NCBI RefSeq assembly: GCF_009834535.1
Contig: NC_045697.1
Span: 59,150,001 to 59,214,000 of the forward strand
DNA: 64,000 bases
Origin: Camelus ferus
Taxonomy: Eukaryota
Direction: 5' to 3'
Shown: one piece after another, positions 49,989 to 64,000 of the stretch
How positions within the stretch are numbered: the first letter of the stretch is position 1
How the letters are laid out: each line of letters starts with the position of its first letter
Position numbers and translations under genes: made by a program
Notes under the pieces: generated by a model
Told to the model about the DNA's origin: nothing
Seen by the model: the letters and a program-made list of their open reading frames with translations, nothing else
Database searches by the model: none

Positions 49989-52900
49989 GAGTACACACTA
50001 GGATAAATGAAGTCTCTGAAAAAACTCAGTCAATAGAAAAATTAGTATACTTTAAGGAAATGTGTAAAATTCAGCAGTTATAGTACACTAAGAAAACACT
50101 AATTCCTGTGTGCCTTTAGATTTTTTTAATATTTAAAAACATTTAATTTTTTTAAATATTAAAGGAGGAAGTTTTAATATTTCTACTGCAGCCTATAACA
50201 TTTTAACTGAAATTTAGAATTCTTTGTGTTTATTTTAGTTTTTAAGTAGTCTTAACCAAGTTGACCCCTTACTTCATTTTAAAACACATACGATTAATTT
50301 GAGAAGAAATTGGGAAAAATTAAATTCCTTTTCTAGCTCAGTTGAATTAGGTGCAAAATATGTAAGTATCTGATGTTTGGATTGCACTTAACTATTCATA
50401 GGAGTATATGCGAAATGCCTACAGGAATCTGGGCAATTAAAAAAAATCAATTAATTATTTAATACTGTTAGCACTTGAACACACTATAGAAGCAACACTT
50501 AGGAAGAGATTTTTTTTAAAAGATGTTTCATAAATCTTAAAGTAATGCATTTAAATGACAATGCTAAAAACAGGTATATGTGAAAATTCACCATAGTCTG
50601 CGGCAAGCTTTGTTTAAATTCATTACAAATCATGGTATTAAAATGGTGTTTAGTAAGTACCACCTGTGCATACTAATGTGTTAAGTATTTTATTTAATAC
50701 ATTGTTAAAACAAATGGTATTTTCTTAGCCTTGGATCTCAAGAAAGATTTCATTTTGAATTTTGTTTTACAGAGGTTCTTAATCTTTGCTCTGTGGATGA
50801 CCTTTGTGATGTAAAACTCTTCAAATTAACCCCTCCTCTTCCCCTCACCCTTCACAAATAGCTTTGCAGAAATGAGAGGCCTTCTTTGTTTGTAGTAAGA
50901 ATGCAATAAGAACTTTCGATGAACACAGATTATGTTTAAAATTTATTTGCGAAAAAAGTATAGATAATGTGTTTTGTAAATGTGATTTGAAAGACTAGGC
51001 AAGAGATGGATCATTCATATGACAGAATGTGGTTAGAAGAAAATTTTAGAATTCACTTGCCTATGAAGTATATATAAGCACAATGTCAAAGATAAGAGAA
51101 ACATTGATGAATGATAAAGATGTCTCAGTGATAATTAATATGTGTTTGAGCTGCAATAATTATCTTCAGGCTACACTTTGTATTATTCTTAACTTCATGG
51201 GATTCTTCAATGTTTCATGGATCAGTCTAGTAAATGGTTTATTCTGTTCACTCTCTTTGGAGCAGTATAGTATAGTGGACTCAGAGAATGAGCCTTAGAG
51301 CCATTAAATGTTTTCTTATGTGTGTTTGCCTGAAAAAAACAGGAAAGACCCACCTTGAAGGGCTGTGAAGATTCAAACACATTTAAGCAAAGCAACTGGT
51401 ATCAGCGTGCAATTCTCAAAATATAACCCAAAGCAATTATTATTTATTGGAAAGTTTCAGTAAATGGAAATTTTAGGAAAGTAACTTCAGTTCAAATTTA
51501 AAATTATCACCATTCATTCACTGGACAATCAGGTTTATATCCTTATAAGTACTCAGAAACGTTTATTATCAAAAATTGTTTTTGGCACCTCACTGCAATA
51601 ACTCCAGGACTCAGAATGAGTTTCTGAATGTTTGAGGATATTTATAAGTGGTCCTACTTTCCTTGGCACTAAGTTGTAGAGTCGTCAATGCTTACTACTA
51701 CTTAATAGAGCCATAATTTCAATTGCTGTGCTTACATTAATTTGTTGAATATGTTGAGACTGAACTCTGATATTCCTGAACTCTCAATAGCTCTAAGGAT
51801 AGAAGCCATAATTTTTTATCACAGACTCTCCCTTGTTCCTAGAAGCTAACACTTTTGAGAGTATTTCTAGTCATGCAGATGTTAGGTAAATACCAAAAAT
51901 ATAATTCCACTTTTCTATAGAGACACTCAAATTGAGAATAATCCGAAAGCAAATGTTTCAGGCTAGGATGCTAAACAAATCTGTTTCACAGTGGAATTGT
52001 TTCAAGTAGGGCTATCTCTGTACAGGTAATTATTGTTATGTGAGGACTCAGACCAGATGTGGAGTCCAGGGGCTTAATGAAGAGAGAATTTAGGAAGGGG
52101 TCTCTAATTGAAGAGGTAAGCTCTAGGATCATGGTGACAAATTGTGGTGAAGGGGAAGGACAACCACCAGGGACATAGAGTAAGAGGAGATCTTCTAGAC
52201 TTGAGGATTAATTTTAGTTTTATTGTTATGTTATTTCTTAACACTTAGAATGTTCAATTCAAAGGTCTTAGATGAGTGGTAATTTAAATGATAGAGGGAG
52301 AGGTTGGTATGTGTATTTTGTAGTGAAAGTGAGTCAAATAGACCCATAACTTTTTGAGCAATGGGCATGCACTGATCAGAGATGAACAGCAAATACCAAA
52401 ACTACTGGTAGAAGGGACCGGATTTCTAGTAGTCATCAAGGAATAGTCTCTAGGTAAATAATGTTTAAATTTCAGGGTAGGTTGAAGGGTGACATAGAAG
52501 ACTGAGAACTTGGGGACATGGCTACATAGGAAAAAAAATGTATGTGTGTGTTTATCACCTCATTCAAATCTGACCATATTAAAAGGACAGGATGGGGAAT
52601 GAGGGCTAGAGGTGTCTATTAATGTTAAAGTTGAGTAAGTTTGTACTTCTAAGCTTGTTCTTTACATTTCTCTATTCCGCACACACTTAAAATCAGTCAA
52701 CATTTATTGATGACTTATTACGTGATAAGTGGCATGCTAGACTGGAGGGTCAAAGATAAGTGAAACTCTATCATGGCCTTCTATTTCACAGTCAGGTAGA
52801 AGTAATTGAAAACATGAAATCAGTTATTCTGGCTTCCAGCAGTACTGTCAGAGGCTTATACACAGAATAATGTTGAGAAAAATGAAAAAAATGGAGTGAT

Positions 52901-53319
52901 GACTTCTAATTTGGTAATTGGGAAAAGTCAAATGTTACAGAGGAGCTAACTGATCCTAAGCAAAATTTGCCTCTTGGATTCCTTTTTTTCTCATATGTGC
53001 ATTCTTTCTTTAATTTCAACATCTCTGATAATTCGGTCCTACATTCATTTTAAGCTCTAGATGAGCTTAAGGCAGGAAGATCTGAGAGTGAGACTCTTGT
53101 ACTGTGAGCAAGTGTCTTGCATGGATATCCTGTAAATTGTCTTGAAAAATGTTTTCCCTCTCTTTGTTCTTTTCTTTTTTTCCTCTTCCTCTCTCCCCTC
53201 CCTCTTTCCTCTCATTCCTCCTTTATTTCCTAATCCCTTCCTTCCTTCCTTCCTATTAAAGGAATACATTTAGCAGTTATTCAAGGGTTATACTTCATTT
53301 AGCTTTAAAGTATGACTTT

Positions 53320-54110
53320 GACGTATTTATTGGTCACCTCCTCTGTTTCTGGCACTGTTTTAGATACAAAGGATAAAATAGTGAAAAAAAAGTGGATAAA
53401 ACTCTGACCTCATGGAAGTTACATTCTAGTGGTATGTATTAAAAAGTAAAACAAAATAAAGAAAAAATAGAGGAAGTGTATTGTATGTGTGGATGTGAGA
53501 GGAAGGAGATTAACTTTTAGAGAGTATGATCCCAGTAGGTTCTGTCTGCTAAAAACAAGAAATTTAAGTAAAGTCTCGAATGAGGGGAGAGAGTAAGTAT
53601 AGGGATGTCTGGGCAAAGACCATTTGATGCAGAGGAAACAGTAAGTACAAAGGCCCTGAGAAGGGAATGTGCTTGTTGTATTTGAGATGTAGCAGGGGAG
53701 TGTGAGTGTCTGCCTGCAATGTTTCAAGAGAAGAGATCAGAGAGATCTTTAGGGCCCTATAGATTATGGTGAGGACTTTTGGCTTTTACTCTGAGATGGT
53801 TGGAGAATAACTAGACCAGATTTTTTTAAATCACCCTAAATCCTGCCCTGAGAGCCAAGGCAGAATCAGAGAGACCATTTCGGATGTGAGCATGTGAGAA
53901 AAACAGCTCCCAATATTTTTTGGCTGAGCAACCAGAAGAACAAAGGCACAATTTACTGAGATGAGGAATCTTGAGGCAGAAGCAAATGGTTATGCAAGTG
54001 AGAGGTAGGAAGGTTTATCAGCAAACTTTTTTTGAATATCCTAAGTTTGTGATCAAGTAAAGATTACAAATAGACAATTACATGTGTAAGTTTGGAGTTA
54101 AAGGGGAGAA
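53320..54110 (-). mobile_element. LINE-2 fragment
   Basis: tatttattggtcacc...ggcactgttttagatac...ctcatggaagttacattctagtgg...aaaggccctgag...ggcttttactctgag. Confidence 0.75.
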
Positions 54111-54127
54111 AAGTTTTTATCAGAAAC

Positions 54128-54131
<4 letters not shown>

Positions 54132-54168
<37 letters not shown>

Positions 54169-54180
54169 ATATATATATAC
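54132..54180. repeat. (TG)16 plus (TA)n compound microsatellite
   Basis: Read directly. Confidence 0.95.
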
Positions 54181-57100
54181 ACAAAATGTCCTGTTACGTA
54201 CTTCAGTCCTATGAGAAAATTTTTCATTGCAAAGTGGAAGGTGCAGATGTTCATATAAGGATGAATGTAGAAATATATTAAATGCAGGAGAATTATCTTG
54301 ATGTGGTACCACTATGCAAGTTCTTAGCAGGATGTAACCATAGAGAGGAGTTCTAGCCAAAAAGAGTAAGAAGACAGGGCTGGCCTTCCCTACAGTCAGC
54401 CCTGCCTTAATCCTGAAGTCAGCTTTCCCTTCTCCTTCTCAGGTGGAGTTGTACGTCCCCTCTTTCCTCCATTTTCCTTCTACAGGCTTTTGTATATAAC
54501 TCCTTTGTTTTTAAGGAGACCACATGTCATATTGATTTGTAATTGTCTGTTTACAGATCTAACTCCACCATTAGGTTGGAAGCCTCAAAAGAGTGGGGTC
54601 ATATTGATTAATTTTTATACTTTCCGTGTCCACCATAGTGCCTGATATATTATACATACTCAATATCTATTCATTGGATGAATAATTAACTGGAGCTTCT
54701 CATGTGTTCCAGAGACTAGGATTTTAAACTACTTGCTGGTTATTTCTAGTTGAATGTCCTATAGTCAACCCAAATAAAACATCTTCAAAACAGAATCAAT
54801 TTACTTTTCCTGAAAACTTACCTTTTATTCTGAATTTTCAGTATCACTTAGGGACATAACATTGCAGGAAGATGTTCCAAATGAAGACTTTCCAACCTTA
54901 ACTCTCTTACCCAAGTCTTACAGCATTGTGCTCTGTGTTCTATTAATTCAATCTCTGGAGTGTCTTTGGACTTAGTTCCTCTAATTAATTCACTCATACC
55001 TTTCCTCCCTACCTCCTTTCCTGTGTGCCTTTTCTCTTTTGCTCAATTACTTATTCCCCCAATATCACAACTGGTCACAATCCTTGAAGTCTCAACTTAA
55101 ACCTACACGTGGCATATAGTTGTCCTCAGTCCCACAGTCGGCATAATTTTCTCCCTCTCTAATAGCACACTGTAGCTCTCTAGCATGTTTGGCATTAGAA
55201 TGGAGAAACTGGCATGTTTATTTCACATCAGCTTGTGGTTTTCTCATCTTTACATCCACCTAGTACATTGCCTTTCATGAAGAAGATAGTTAATAAATGA
55301 CTGTTGAGTTCAATGAGTGCCTATGGACCCTGTTTTACTGATTCTTTGACATAATTCTCTTCAGTGGAGGAGTAAGTAATTGCCACTCATCAAAAGTCAT
55401 TCTTTTGACTATATTTGCTCTTCACTTATATTCACCCTCCTATTCAGTAGCAGGATATCTCTAAAAGACATTTTTTAAAACAGTATTTTCCAGGTTGAAA
55501 TAAAAAAGTAGTGTTCAGTCTTTGAGCATAAATTATTTCCTCACTTGTGGGAGGTCTGATTGGAGACAATTTTGTCAGATTGCTGCACCAGTGCATCAAA
55601 ATGCCACCCAAAATGTGTGAGTCCTTTACATTTTAAAGATTTTGTGACATACCCTTTGTCTGATTAGAGAAACACAACATTTTAAACTTTTATTTAAGTG
55701 GTGCTAACAGATACTTTGTCAATGCATTAGAAACAGAGTTATGCACATAAATATTTCACTGTGCACAGATTATATTTATCATCCTTTTAGAGCATGAGGG
55801 AAATATGCTGTCAAGTTATTTCCAAGAGCAGAGAAAACAGAGAGTCTACTGTCCATCAAGAAAAATGAATAGTGTTGCATCATCTAAAAAATGAGGATGT
55901 ATGGCTAAATGTTTACAAATTAGAGTGAAAATTTATAGAAAAAATGATGTTAACACTAATATAAAGCAAAGTGATGCCCAAGATGCCTAAAGCCAGTAAA
56001 CCAAAAACCTTTAGGGTGCAGTGAAATTCTATGGCCAGTCACCTAGGCTTAAATTTGATTCACCCCATGAATGAAATACTATTCCAGATAAAAGATCTAA
56101 TGCAGAAATTACTTACTGAATAAGTGCTCTACATGGTAAAAGTATATTACAAACTATGAATCCTAGAACTCCAGATTCCATCTTATGCATGATCATATTC
56201 AAATAGGTATGCAGAAAACTAAATGTAATGATACTTCTGATATCCAAATTTTGGAACTTTTCATTTCCCCTTTTCTTGTCTCTCTAATTGTCTTCTACTC
56301 TAAATTGCTTTGGAGTCTGTCTTTCTCTAAAACCAATACATCAAAATATATTGAGTATAAGTAAGTGATAAAATCCCCCTTTTCAATACCTCCCAATCAA
56401 TGCAGATTTTTCCTGATTTATTTTTGAGTATCTAGTTACTTCTATTATGTAGGTAATTTTAGTGTCTCATAAAAGGCTTTCCTTACTACATTTACTTCTT
56501 TCTTCTTTCTCTCTATTATCTGATTCTGCATCATGATATTCTGACAAAGACATACTTCATCGGGGGAAACTAAATAGGGAAAGAGTACATTCTCTTTAAT
56601 GAGATAAAAAGAACGGGGAAATTTATGAATTAAATTTTTTACCCTTGTAACATATTGACCCTGGTCCATCCTTACAGTTGCCTTCAAAGGCAAATCTGTT
56701 ACTTAAATGGCACATTTAGATGATTCTTGTATTGACAAACTGACTCCCTCTTTTCATTCTTTTACCAGGGGCAGAGGAGGAGGACTTGGCGAGTACTGTG
56801 TAATTTACCTGGAGAAAATCCAGAAACATCGCCAAGCAGAGCCTTGTTGGGTTTATCACAGTCTCCCCTACTCTCCACATTAGGCTGGGGGAAGGGCACT
56901 TGCCAATAATTTCCTGCACTTTCCAGACGTCACTGAACAGTAGTTTGAAAAACTAATTCTGCTTACTTTATAACAATATTGTTATTTACCACTGAAAGAT
57001 AGTTTTCTTTGCCAAAACCAGAGCAAATGTGTAACCAGCTGAGTTCTGAATGCAATTTTATCCTAACTGAATTCTGAATGCAAGCACAGTATTCTCCTTA

Positions 57101-57573
57101 GGTCCAGTCCTGGCTTGTAACTAGCAGAGTCCACTGAGTAAGGTTAGGGAAACTGTTTATTTCAGCCCTCTGGACTTTTTTAACTTTTAAAGGCGGAGAC
57201 ACTTTTATCCTTTCTGGTTTATCAGATTTATTCTCTACTTCATTTTGAATTTCTTTAGTTGATCCGATTTCCTGAAAGCTTCTAATTTGTCCTTATTTTC
57301 CTCTTTAGCTCTGATTTGCTTCACCAACAGTGAGAATCTGGGAGATTTTGAAAGAGCAGGGAATTTCAATAGAATGTATGACTTCTTTACTCTAAATCAC
57401 TTCCATTTTAACTTACTTCTGAGACTTCATGTCTTGTTCCACAGTCCCTTGTGGAATTATCCACGAGAGTTAATACAGCCTATCCATGAAACCAAATACG
57501 TTTCTCTGGCTTTATGTACATCTATGAAATTGGGAAAGGCAGAAGTGCTATCTACTCTATTCTTGTTTCAGTA

Positions 57574-58016
57574 CAGTGGTTGGCAAAGTTTTTCTTTTTT
57601 TAAAAATATATCATCTTAGCTATTTTTAAAATTTTATTTATTTACCACTGTATTATTTAATTATTTTATTTGGGGGCAGGTAATTAGGTTTGTTTATTTT
57701 TTTAGAGGTGGTACTGGGGATTGAACCCAGGACCTTTGTGCATGCTAAGCAAATTCTCCACTCTGGCCTTGTGATATGAAAGCAACCATAAATAATATGT
57801 AAATGAATGAGTGTTACTATGTCACTGTAAAACTTTACAACAGACCCTGAAATTTAAATTTCATATAATTTTCCCATGTCACCAAATATAATTCTTCTTT
57901 TGGTATTTTTTCTAACCACTTAAGATAAAAACAATTCTCATGAGAGGTAGAAAAACAAATAAACAAACATGTAGTGGGCTGGTTTTAGCTTCTGAGACAT
58001 TATTTGCCTACCCCTC
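57574..58016. mobile_element. MER58B-like hAT-Charlie element interrupted by a SINE
   Basis: cagtggttggcaaagttttt start; aaatttcatataattttc...gtgggctggttttagc...tttgcctacccct end. Confidence 0.75.
57630..57762 (-). mobile_element. tRNA-derived SINE (Vic-1-like), 5'-truncated, nested in a MER58-like element
   Basis: ggtaattaggtttg...gtactggggattgaacccaggacc...catgctaagc matches the other two copies; the A-box end is missing. Confidence 0.8.
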
Positions 58017-61000
58017 TTCAAGGGACTTAGTCCCTTTATAGATACACTGTTTTTAAAGCTTTAAATCCCAATGCAAAACTTGAAGACTAATTAAAAATGA
58101 TGGCATTTCTCTGTAAATTCTGAGCAGCTCTTGCCTATTTTCCAAATTCTTTTGGCAAATGACATACATACATAATTCAAAACTTAAAAACAAAATTCTA
58201 AAAAAAAAACAAGTCCCTTTTTAACACCAAGCCCTTCAAAGATTTGGTATTGATGATGGAGCAATGGGGAGAAGCCACTCACTTACCACACAAGGGTGAA
58301 CTTAGAACTCTTCTTCTAATAAAGACTCAAATTTCTTAAACTTGATTGTATTATCATGCTAAATTCTGAGCAGTCCTGATTTTATCCCAGGATTATTTCA
58401 AACTCTTAGATGAGCCATTCAAATGTATCTCTTTTGACTCCTGGACCCATGTGTCCAGTGAACTCCAGTGTCTGAATGATAAAGGTCACTTTAATAAAAA
58501 CTCAATATACAGTCATAATCTTTTCTCACTCTGAGTTTCATTTACCTTCACCACCCAAACATCAAGAAATATCCCTCTCTCTTCCTGCTTCTCTAGCACA
58601 TGTGGCTTCTTCCCTCCTCTTTCCTTCTCAGGTTTATCATATGTATCTAGTTGGCCTCTTGTGGCAACTTTTTTTTCCCTCATTCTCACAACTTTTCTTT
58701 CTCTGCGCAGTGTTAGATTCTGCAGCTCAAAAGAACTGGATTGCACAAGGTAGTATGTTTGGTGGGGAGAGTCAGAAGGAGCAAAGACAGCATTGTTTGT
58801 GATCACAGGACTTGGGTGTGTGCAAGATACTAGGAGTATTTGCATATTATTCATCTTAGGATTCATCATATAATAGATAAGTAAAGGAAGGGAGAACCAA
58901 CAGTTTCTTTCAAATAATAATAGTAGTAATTATGATAAAAATAAATATCAGAAATGTTTTGTTAAAAATGGAAGAATTGTTGATTCATGAGAACTAGAAT
59001 GAATCTAAAGTTAATATTCATTAAATATTAAATGAAATAGAAAGTGGTAACACTTATGGGTCTGGAAGGACTCTGACAGATTACGTAAATTGCTAACCCA
59101 GACCTTACAACACTTAGCTTACACAGAGTTTCTCCTCACACCTCACACCTAACAGAAATGTCTATAGTAACTTTTCGGTTTCAAATATTAGAGGTCTATA
59201 AATATCAAGCAATTTGCATATGAAAAATGCACCAATGTTACCAGTATTTTTTTCTTAAAATTTGTACTTTAGTGTCCTAGTCCTTAAAACTAGATTTCAA
59301 TATAGAAAATTTTTTATGAGGCTGCAAAATTTCCTCACGTTGGCTAGCATAGGTCCTGATTTTTCCACTTGTCCTTTTCAAGGGAAATGTGGTATTCAAT
59401 ATTTATAAATTCTCTCCCTGCCCATCTGACCCTGAGGCTGCTTCACCACCTGAGCCACACATCCCTTCTTCCATGGCGATCAATCCATTCTCACCCAGTG
59501 ATACTTCTTGTTGGTCTGTAGAATGAATTGTCAGACCAGGTTTTTTAGTGCCTTTCCTTTTATGTCTCTGCAAGTTCAACATATGGTTATTTTCCACTTT
59601 TGCTCTGTCTTTTCCAAGCAAACGTTTTCTTAAACAAGGCAGGTTGGAATGGCAAAGTAGATAAAGCTGCTGAAGTGGTCACACCGCAAAACAACACTTC
59701 TTACTGAGCAGTGCTTCCCATGCATTCTTTCCTCTTCCTCACCAGGACTTTATCAGGTGGGTGCTATTTAATTCTTGTTTCAAAATGAAAAAAAATGATG
59801 CATAAGGGGGTGATGCTTATCAAATATAATTTAATAGTAAGTGAAGGAGATTGAAATACTTCACTGTAATTATAATCCTGCTCCACATTACAGGCTGAAC
59901 TATGTATTAACTTGATTCATGAACCTGCTCTAGTTCCATACTTTCTAATTTTCCAGTTACTGATTTGTTAAGTAAAGATAACAATGGTTTTCCTTCTCAC
60001 ATCACATAGGATCAAACCCACTCCACAATGATAATATGTAAACATCCATCAAATGTAAAATATTTGCTTGTGTGACCATCTCTCTACTTTTCTCTACTCT
60101 TCTACTTGCTCATTCTCTACTCATCCTTCACTTTTGCCTTTATCCACAGAATATACTATTTTTTTCTTTTGTCTTAGAGAGAGAGACAGTGAGAGACAGA
60201 GAGAGAATGAAAGAATCATGGCTTCTTATATTAGGGAAAGAAAAGTCTTACAGTTTGAATTTGAAATTATAGAAAGTAATCTCTAAGGCCTTTCAAGTAC
60301 CAAGAGGTCTCAATAAGAATACTTAAGAAAGCTTCCTATTCTTTCTAAATTAAAATTTATTTTATTCCAAATATGACACACACATACTTCCATTTGAAAA
60401 TTTGGAAATAAACTAAATTATTTTATTGAATAATTGCTCTTCTTCCACTGGATTTGGAACTAGAGATACAATTATTAATGAGGCCACATTCTCAAAATAA
60501 TTACCATCTATTAGAGGAAATGCACACCCATATACTCATAATTACAAATTAATGAAATAAATGCTAAAATTGAGTGCTGTGTTTAGCAAGCAAATAGATT
60601 CATCCATTCTGGATGGAATTTGGAGACGGCAAAGAGAGGATAGGGAAGGTAAAGAGCTAAGTATTGGGAGGAAGGGTGGAGAATAGTTCAGAAAACAGGT
60701 GACTTGTGACTTGCTCAAAGCAACATTGCAAAAATTGGGCAAATAAATCAGGGATTGTTCTATGCTGATTAAGGTAAAAAAATAGAATTTTTATTGTAAT
60801 ATATCTGTTGTGATTGGAATTTTATGTCATTGAAGCATGAGAGAATTTACAAAATCCAGCTATTCGTAAGTTTCAAGAGAGCTATCAGATTAGAACTTCC
60901 TTGTCTTTAAATGGATATGTGAAGAAAGACTTTAACATTCATGTTCTTGAGAACTTTGCCACTGAGCTCAAACTTGACCATTTCCTCAGGCCTAAACTTT

Positions 61001-63004
61001 CTCTGTTAGCTTTTCTGGTTCTAGACCTGTTTCAGGAATGTGGATACAGGAGTCACACAGGAGTATGACTTCAACCCTGATTGATTATACCTCTTTTAAG
61101 AACTGACAAATGGTCAGTTTAACCTTGAAGTTCTTAAATGTAGAAATTACCCTGGGCAGAGAAAATGAGTCCAGATTTCATCACTCATTCATTCATTCAT
61201 CCACTCATTCATTATTCTTCCATCTGAAATGGAGCAAATCCTTTCAGAGAAGAGCCATGGTACTCAATGTTTAGTTATATTTCTTGTCAGTAAACACCAT
61301 CATAATGGGAATTTTCCCATTAGAAATAAGCAGCTATTGATACTCCGTAGAGAAGACATTGGTAGATACAATGACACTTTTCCCCCTTCCTCTGTTTTTG
61401 TCTTTTTAAAAGAGAATTTATTATTCTTTGAGGCTTTTAAATGGCTTTCTCTGAAATGCCACAGTGTGATCATGTGATCCAGCTCTGGCCAATCACAGTA
61501 TATCATCCCCCTCTCTCCCGCCCCCAGGCACACTGATCAAGTCAGGAAAAGACAAATGTGTTCCTATTAGTTGGGACAATCAAAGTCCCCAGGATACAGT
61601 TTTTCTTGAGCTATTGGTAAACAGGCTCTTCCTCTCTTTGGTGTCTAACAGGTAATATGTAAGCTAAAACTGTTATAGAACACGGTTTTTGTTATATGTA
61701 GAAAGTCAGCCTGAGAACAAAGCCAACAGAGGGGGAAGCAGAGGAGAGAAGTAGAGAGAGAGAGAGAGAGAGAAACTCTTGAATCTAGCCAAGTGTATCC
61801 CACTTTCATCTCTGAGTCTACTGCATTTTGCTTAATTTAGTTGAAGCTGTATTTCATTCACTGTAAGATTCTTGACAAATATAACACCTAAAATATATTT
61901 TGATGATGAAAGGAGGAGAAGTAACTCATCTCTTTTTATTTTCCTGGTGATTATAAAAAGATGGCTCTCCTCTAATATTTAGAATCTTAGAAAAGGAAGT
62001 AAAAACGTGGTGTGTTTTTACTTTTTGGTCTTTACGGTTGCATTTTGGATCAAAATAATTTCAAAAAATATAGACTTTAATCTTTTGAAAAAATACAGAT
62101 TTTAATCAGAGCATAAGTTATATTTGGCATCTAATTCTTTAAGGAGTTTCCCATGCTTTTAAATTTTATTAAACTCTGATCAGCCATTATGATTAATATT
62201 GGGATTAGCAGTTAATAAGTGAAACAGTCAAATATGGAAAAGAGCAGCTGTGCTTTAAAAATATAGTTATGTAAATATTGGATTAAATAACATTACAGAA
62301 AAAAATCCTTGAGAATACTGAAATGTACGAAAAGCCCAAGAATCAAGGAGAAATTTTATATATTGCTTTAGGTCCATATCAACTAAGCACATTTTATTTT
62401 AGAGGCGGGATGATGGGCATAAGAAAGAGGAGAGGGGGAAATGGAGTTCAGTGAAGATCCAGAAAACAAGTAGAAGCAGAATCTTAAGATCACTGTGTAA
62501 ATATCAAAGTAGCCCCTTGGCTCTCAGGGACCAGAGGTATACTGAAGTCAGTGGATGGAATAATGGGGACCCTGGGTCATGCAAAACTGAAGGCCAAGGG
62601 GAAGACCAAGAAGGTTAAGCCAGCAGCTACACAAAGGAGACACACACACACACTATACGTCCAGTGCTAGAGGAAAATAAAGATGAAAAGCACCACAGAA
62701 AGGACAATTTTGTTACACTGTTTTTCTAGGGTGTGGTTATACAAGGGTCTAGTAGCTTAAAATCTGATGCTGTTTAAAATTTTTCTAGAGTTGCCAGATA
62801 TATTTAAGGAGTCAAGAAGTATACCTACAAAAGGGGAACAAAGCACAAGACTGGGACAGATATGCATGAACTTTCCTGAGGGAAGAGTGAGAGTACACTC
62901 TTTATCATATCGATAAGCAAAGGCAAAGAGGTAAACGGAATAATCCAGCTGTAGGAGTCTTTTTCACCCAGGCAGAACTTCTCTTCATTCAGCATAGTTC
63001 AACA

Positions 63005-63198
63005 CAGCAATTGGCAAGTCACTCTGTAAAGAGCCCTATAGTAAATATTTTAGGGTTTGTAGGCCATATGATCTGTGTCTCAACTACTCAAATCTGGCTT
63101 TGTAGTGCAAAAGCAGTCTTAGGTAATACATAAATTAATGAGTGCAGCTGTGTTCAAATAAAACTTGACAAAAATGTTACTATAGTCTGTAGACCCTG
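63005..63198. mobile_element. MER58A-like hAT-Charlie element
   Basis: tctgtaaagagcc...atagtaaatattttagg...caactactcaa...tgtagtgcaaaagcag...aataaaactt...gaccctg. Confidence 0.8.
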
Positions 63199-63394
63199 AT
63201 AGAAGAGATAAAAGTACCCATTAATGGTGTCTCTGAAGATAAAAATAATTGCCCTGATGAGGAGTGTTTGCTCAGTTCTGTGGTATAAATACCACCACCA
63301 CGGCCAGTTTCCGATTGTTTGAAAATCAACTTTCAAAATTTCTGAAAATTAACAGTCAGCATTTAGGAGCCAATTCAAGACAATTACAGGATTC

Positions 63395-63595
63395 TATAAG
63401 AAAAAGTCCCACCTACAGAGAAGTAAAAGAGCTGGGGTCCTGACACAATTTTTAAGATTCTGCAATCTTACATTACTTTCCCGCCATCTACGTTCTCCTG
63501 TCCTTGCTCCCCACATCTGCTTTCTGGAGTCACATTCCCAAAAAAAATCTGCATGTAAGCCTCTGGCTTGGGCATTGCTCAACCTCAGAGTTACA
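63395..63595 (+). mobile_element. ERVL LTR fragment (LTR16-like)
   Basis: cacattcccaaaaaaaatctgcatgtaagcctctggcttggg...agttaca end. Confidence 0.4.
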
Positions 63596-64000
63596 AAATG
63601 TTTATATTTTATATTCTCATTTATTTAATGGTTCCTTTACTTATATTTCTCTAATATGCAGTGATGAGATTTTTGAGCAAGTATCTATATTTATCAGTGG
63701 GTTATTTGAGAAAAATAGACACCTAGAGTTCAATTAATGACTTTATACTGTAGACCTGTAATAGAAATTACTACATATAATGAGGTATTCAAAATCAAAG
63801 GAAACATAGTATAAAAGAGAGCATGTTTAGAAGGAGACCACAAAATGGGCTGAAAGAGAGCATAATTACAAAATAAAGAAATGAGAAACAAGCTTGGGCT
63901 CTTTAAGGGATGGATAAAAACTCTAGGTCCAACTACTCTTTATTAGACCATTTTCATAATGAACCAGTTCCAAAAGAGTCGAAGTAGATATGCACTTGGT

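Noticed and set aside
1..64000. CRISPR arrays, operons or other prokaryotic systems
   Set aside because: The sequence is mammalian. I saw no regularly spaced repeat-spacer structure or gene-dense region.

Overview
Mammalian genomic DNA, probably camelid: it holds three copies of a tRNA-derived SINE resembling the camelid Vic-1 family. The window is AT-rich and transposon-dense, and I find no intact protein-coding exon. Landmarks: (1) a ~3 kb CpG island (~14.6-17.75 kb), the promoter and long first exon of a minus-strand gene I cannot name, with a splice donor at 15944/15943 and a probable second, apparently non-coding exon starting at 6845; any main CDS would lie beyond the left edge. (2) A full-length ferritin light chain (FTL) processed pseudogene (30346-31232, minus strand) with target-site duplications (TSDs), polyA signal and a nearly intact iron-responsive element (IRE); its CDS has one +1 frameshift and a lost stop codon. 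(3) About 46 kb of upstream intergenic DNA with L1, L2, MIR, MLT/ERV LTRs, an ERV internal segment, hAT transposons and microsatellites. I see no convincing new biological system. The best leads are the IRE-retaining FTL retrocopy, the uORF-rich spliced leader and a possible divergent antisense transcript. Repeat family names come from recalled consensus motifs; their boundaries are approximate unless a TSD is given.
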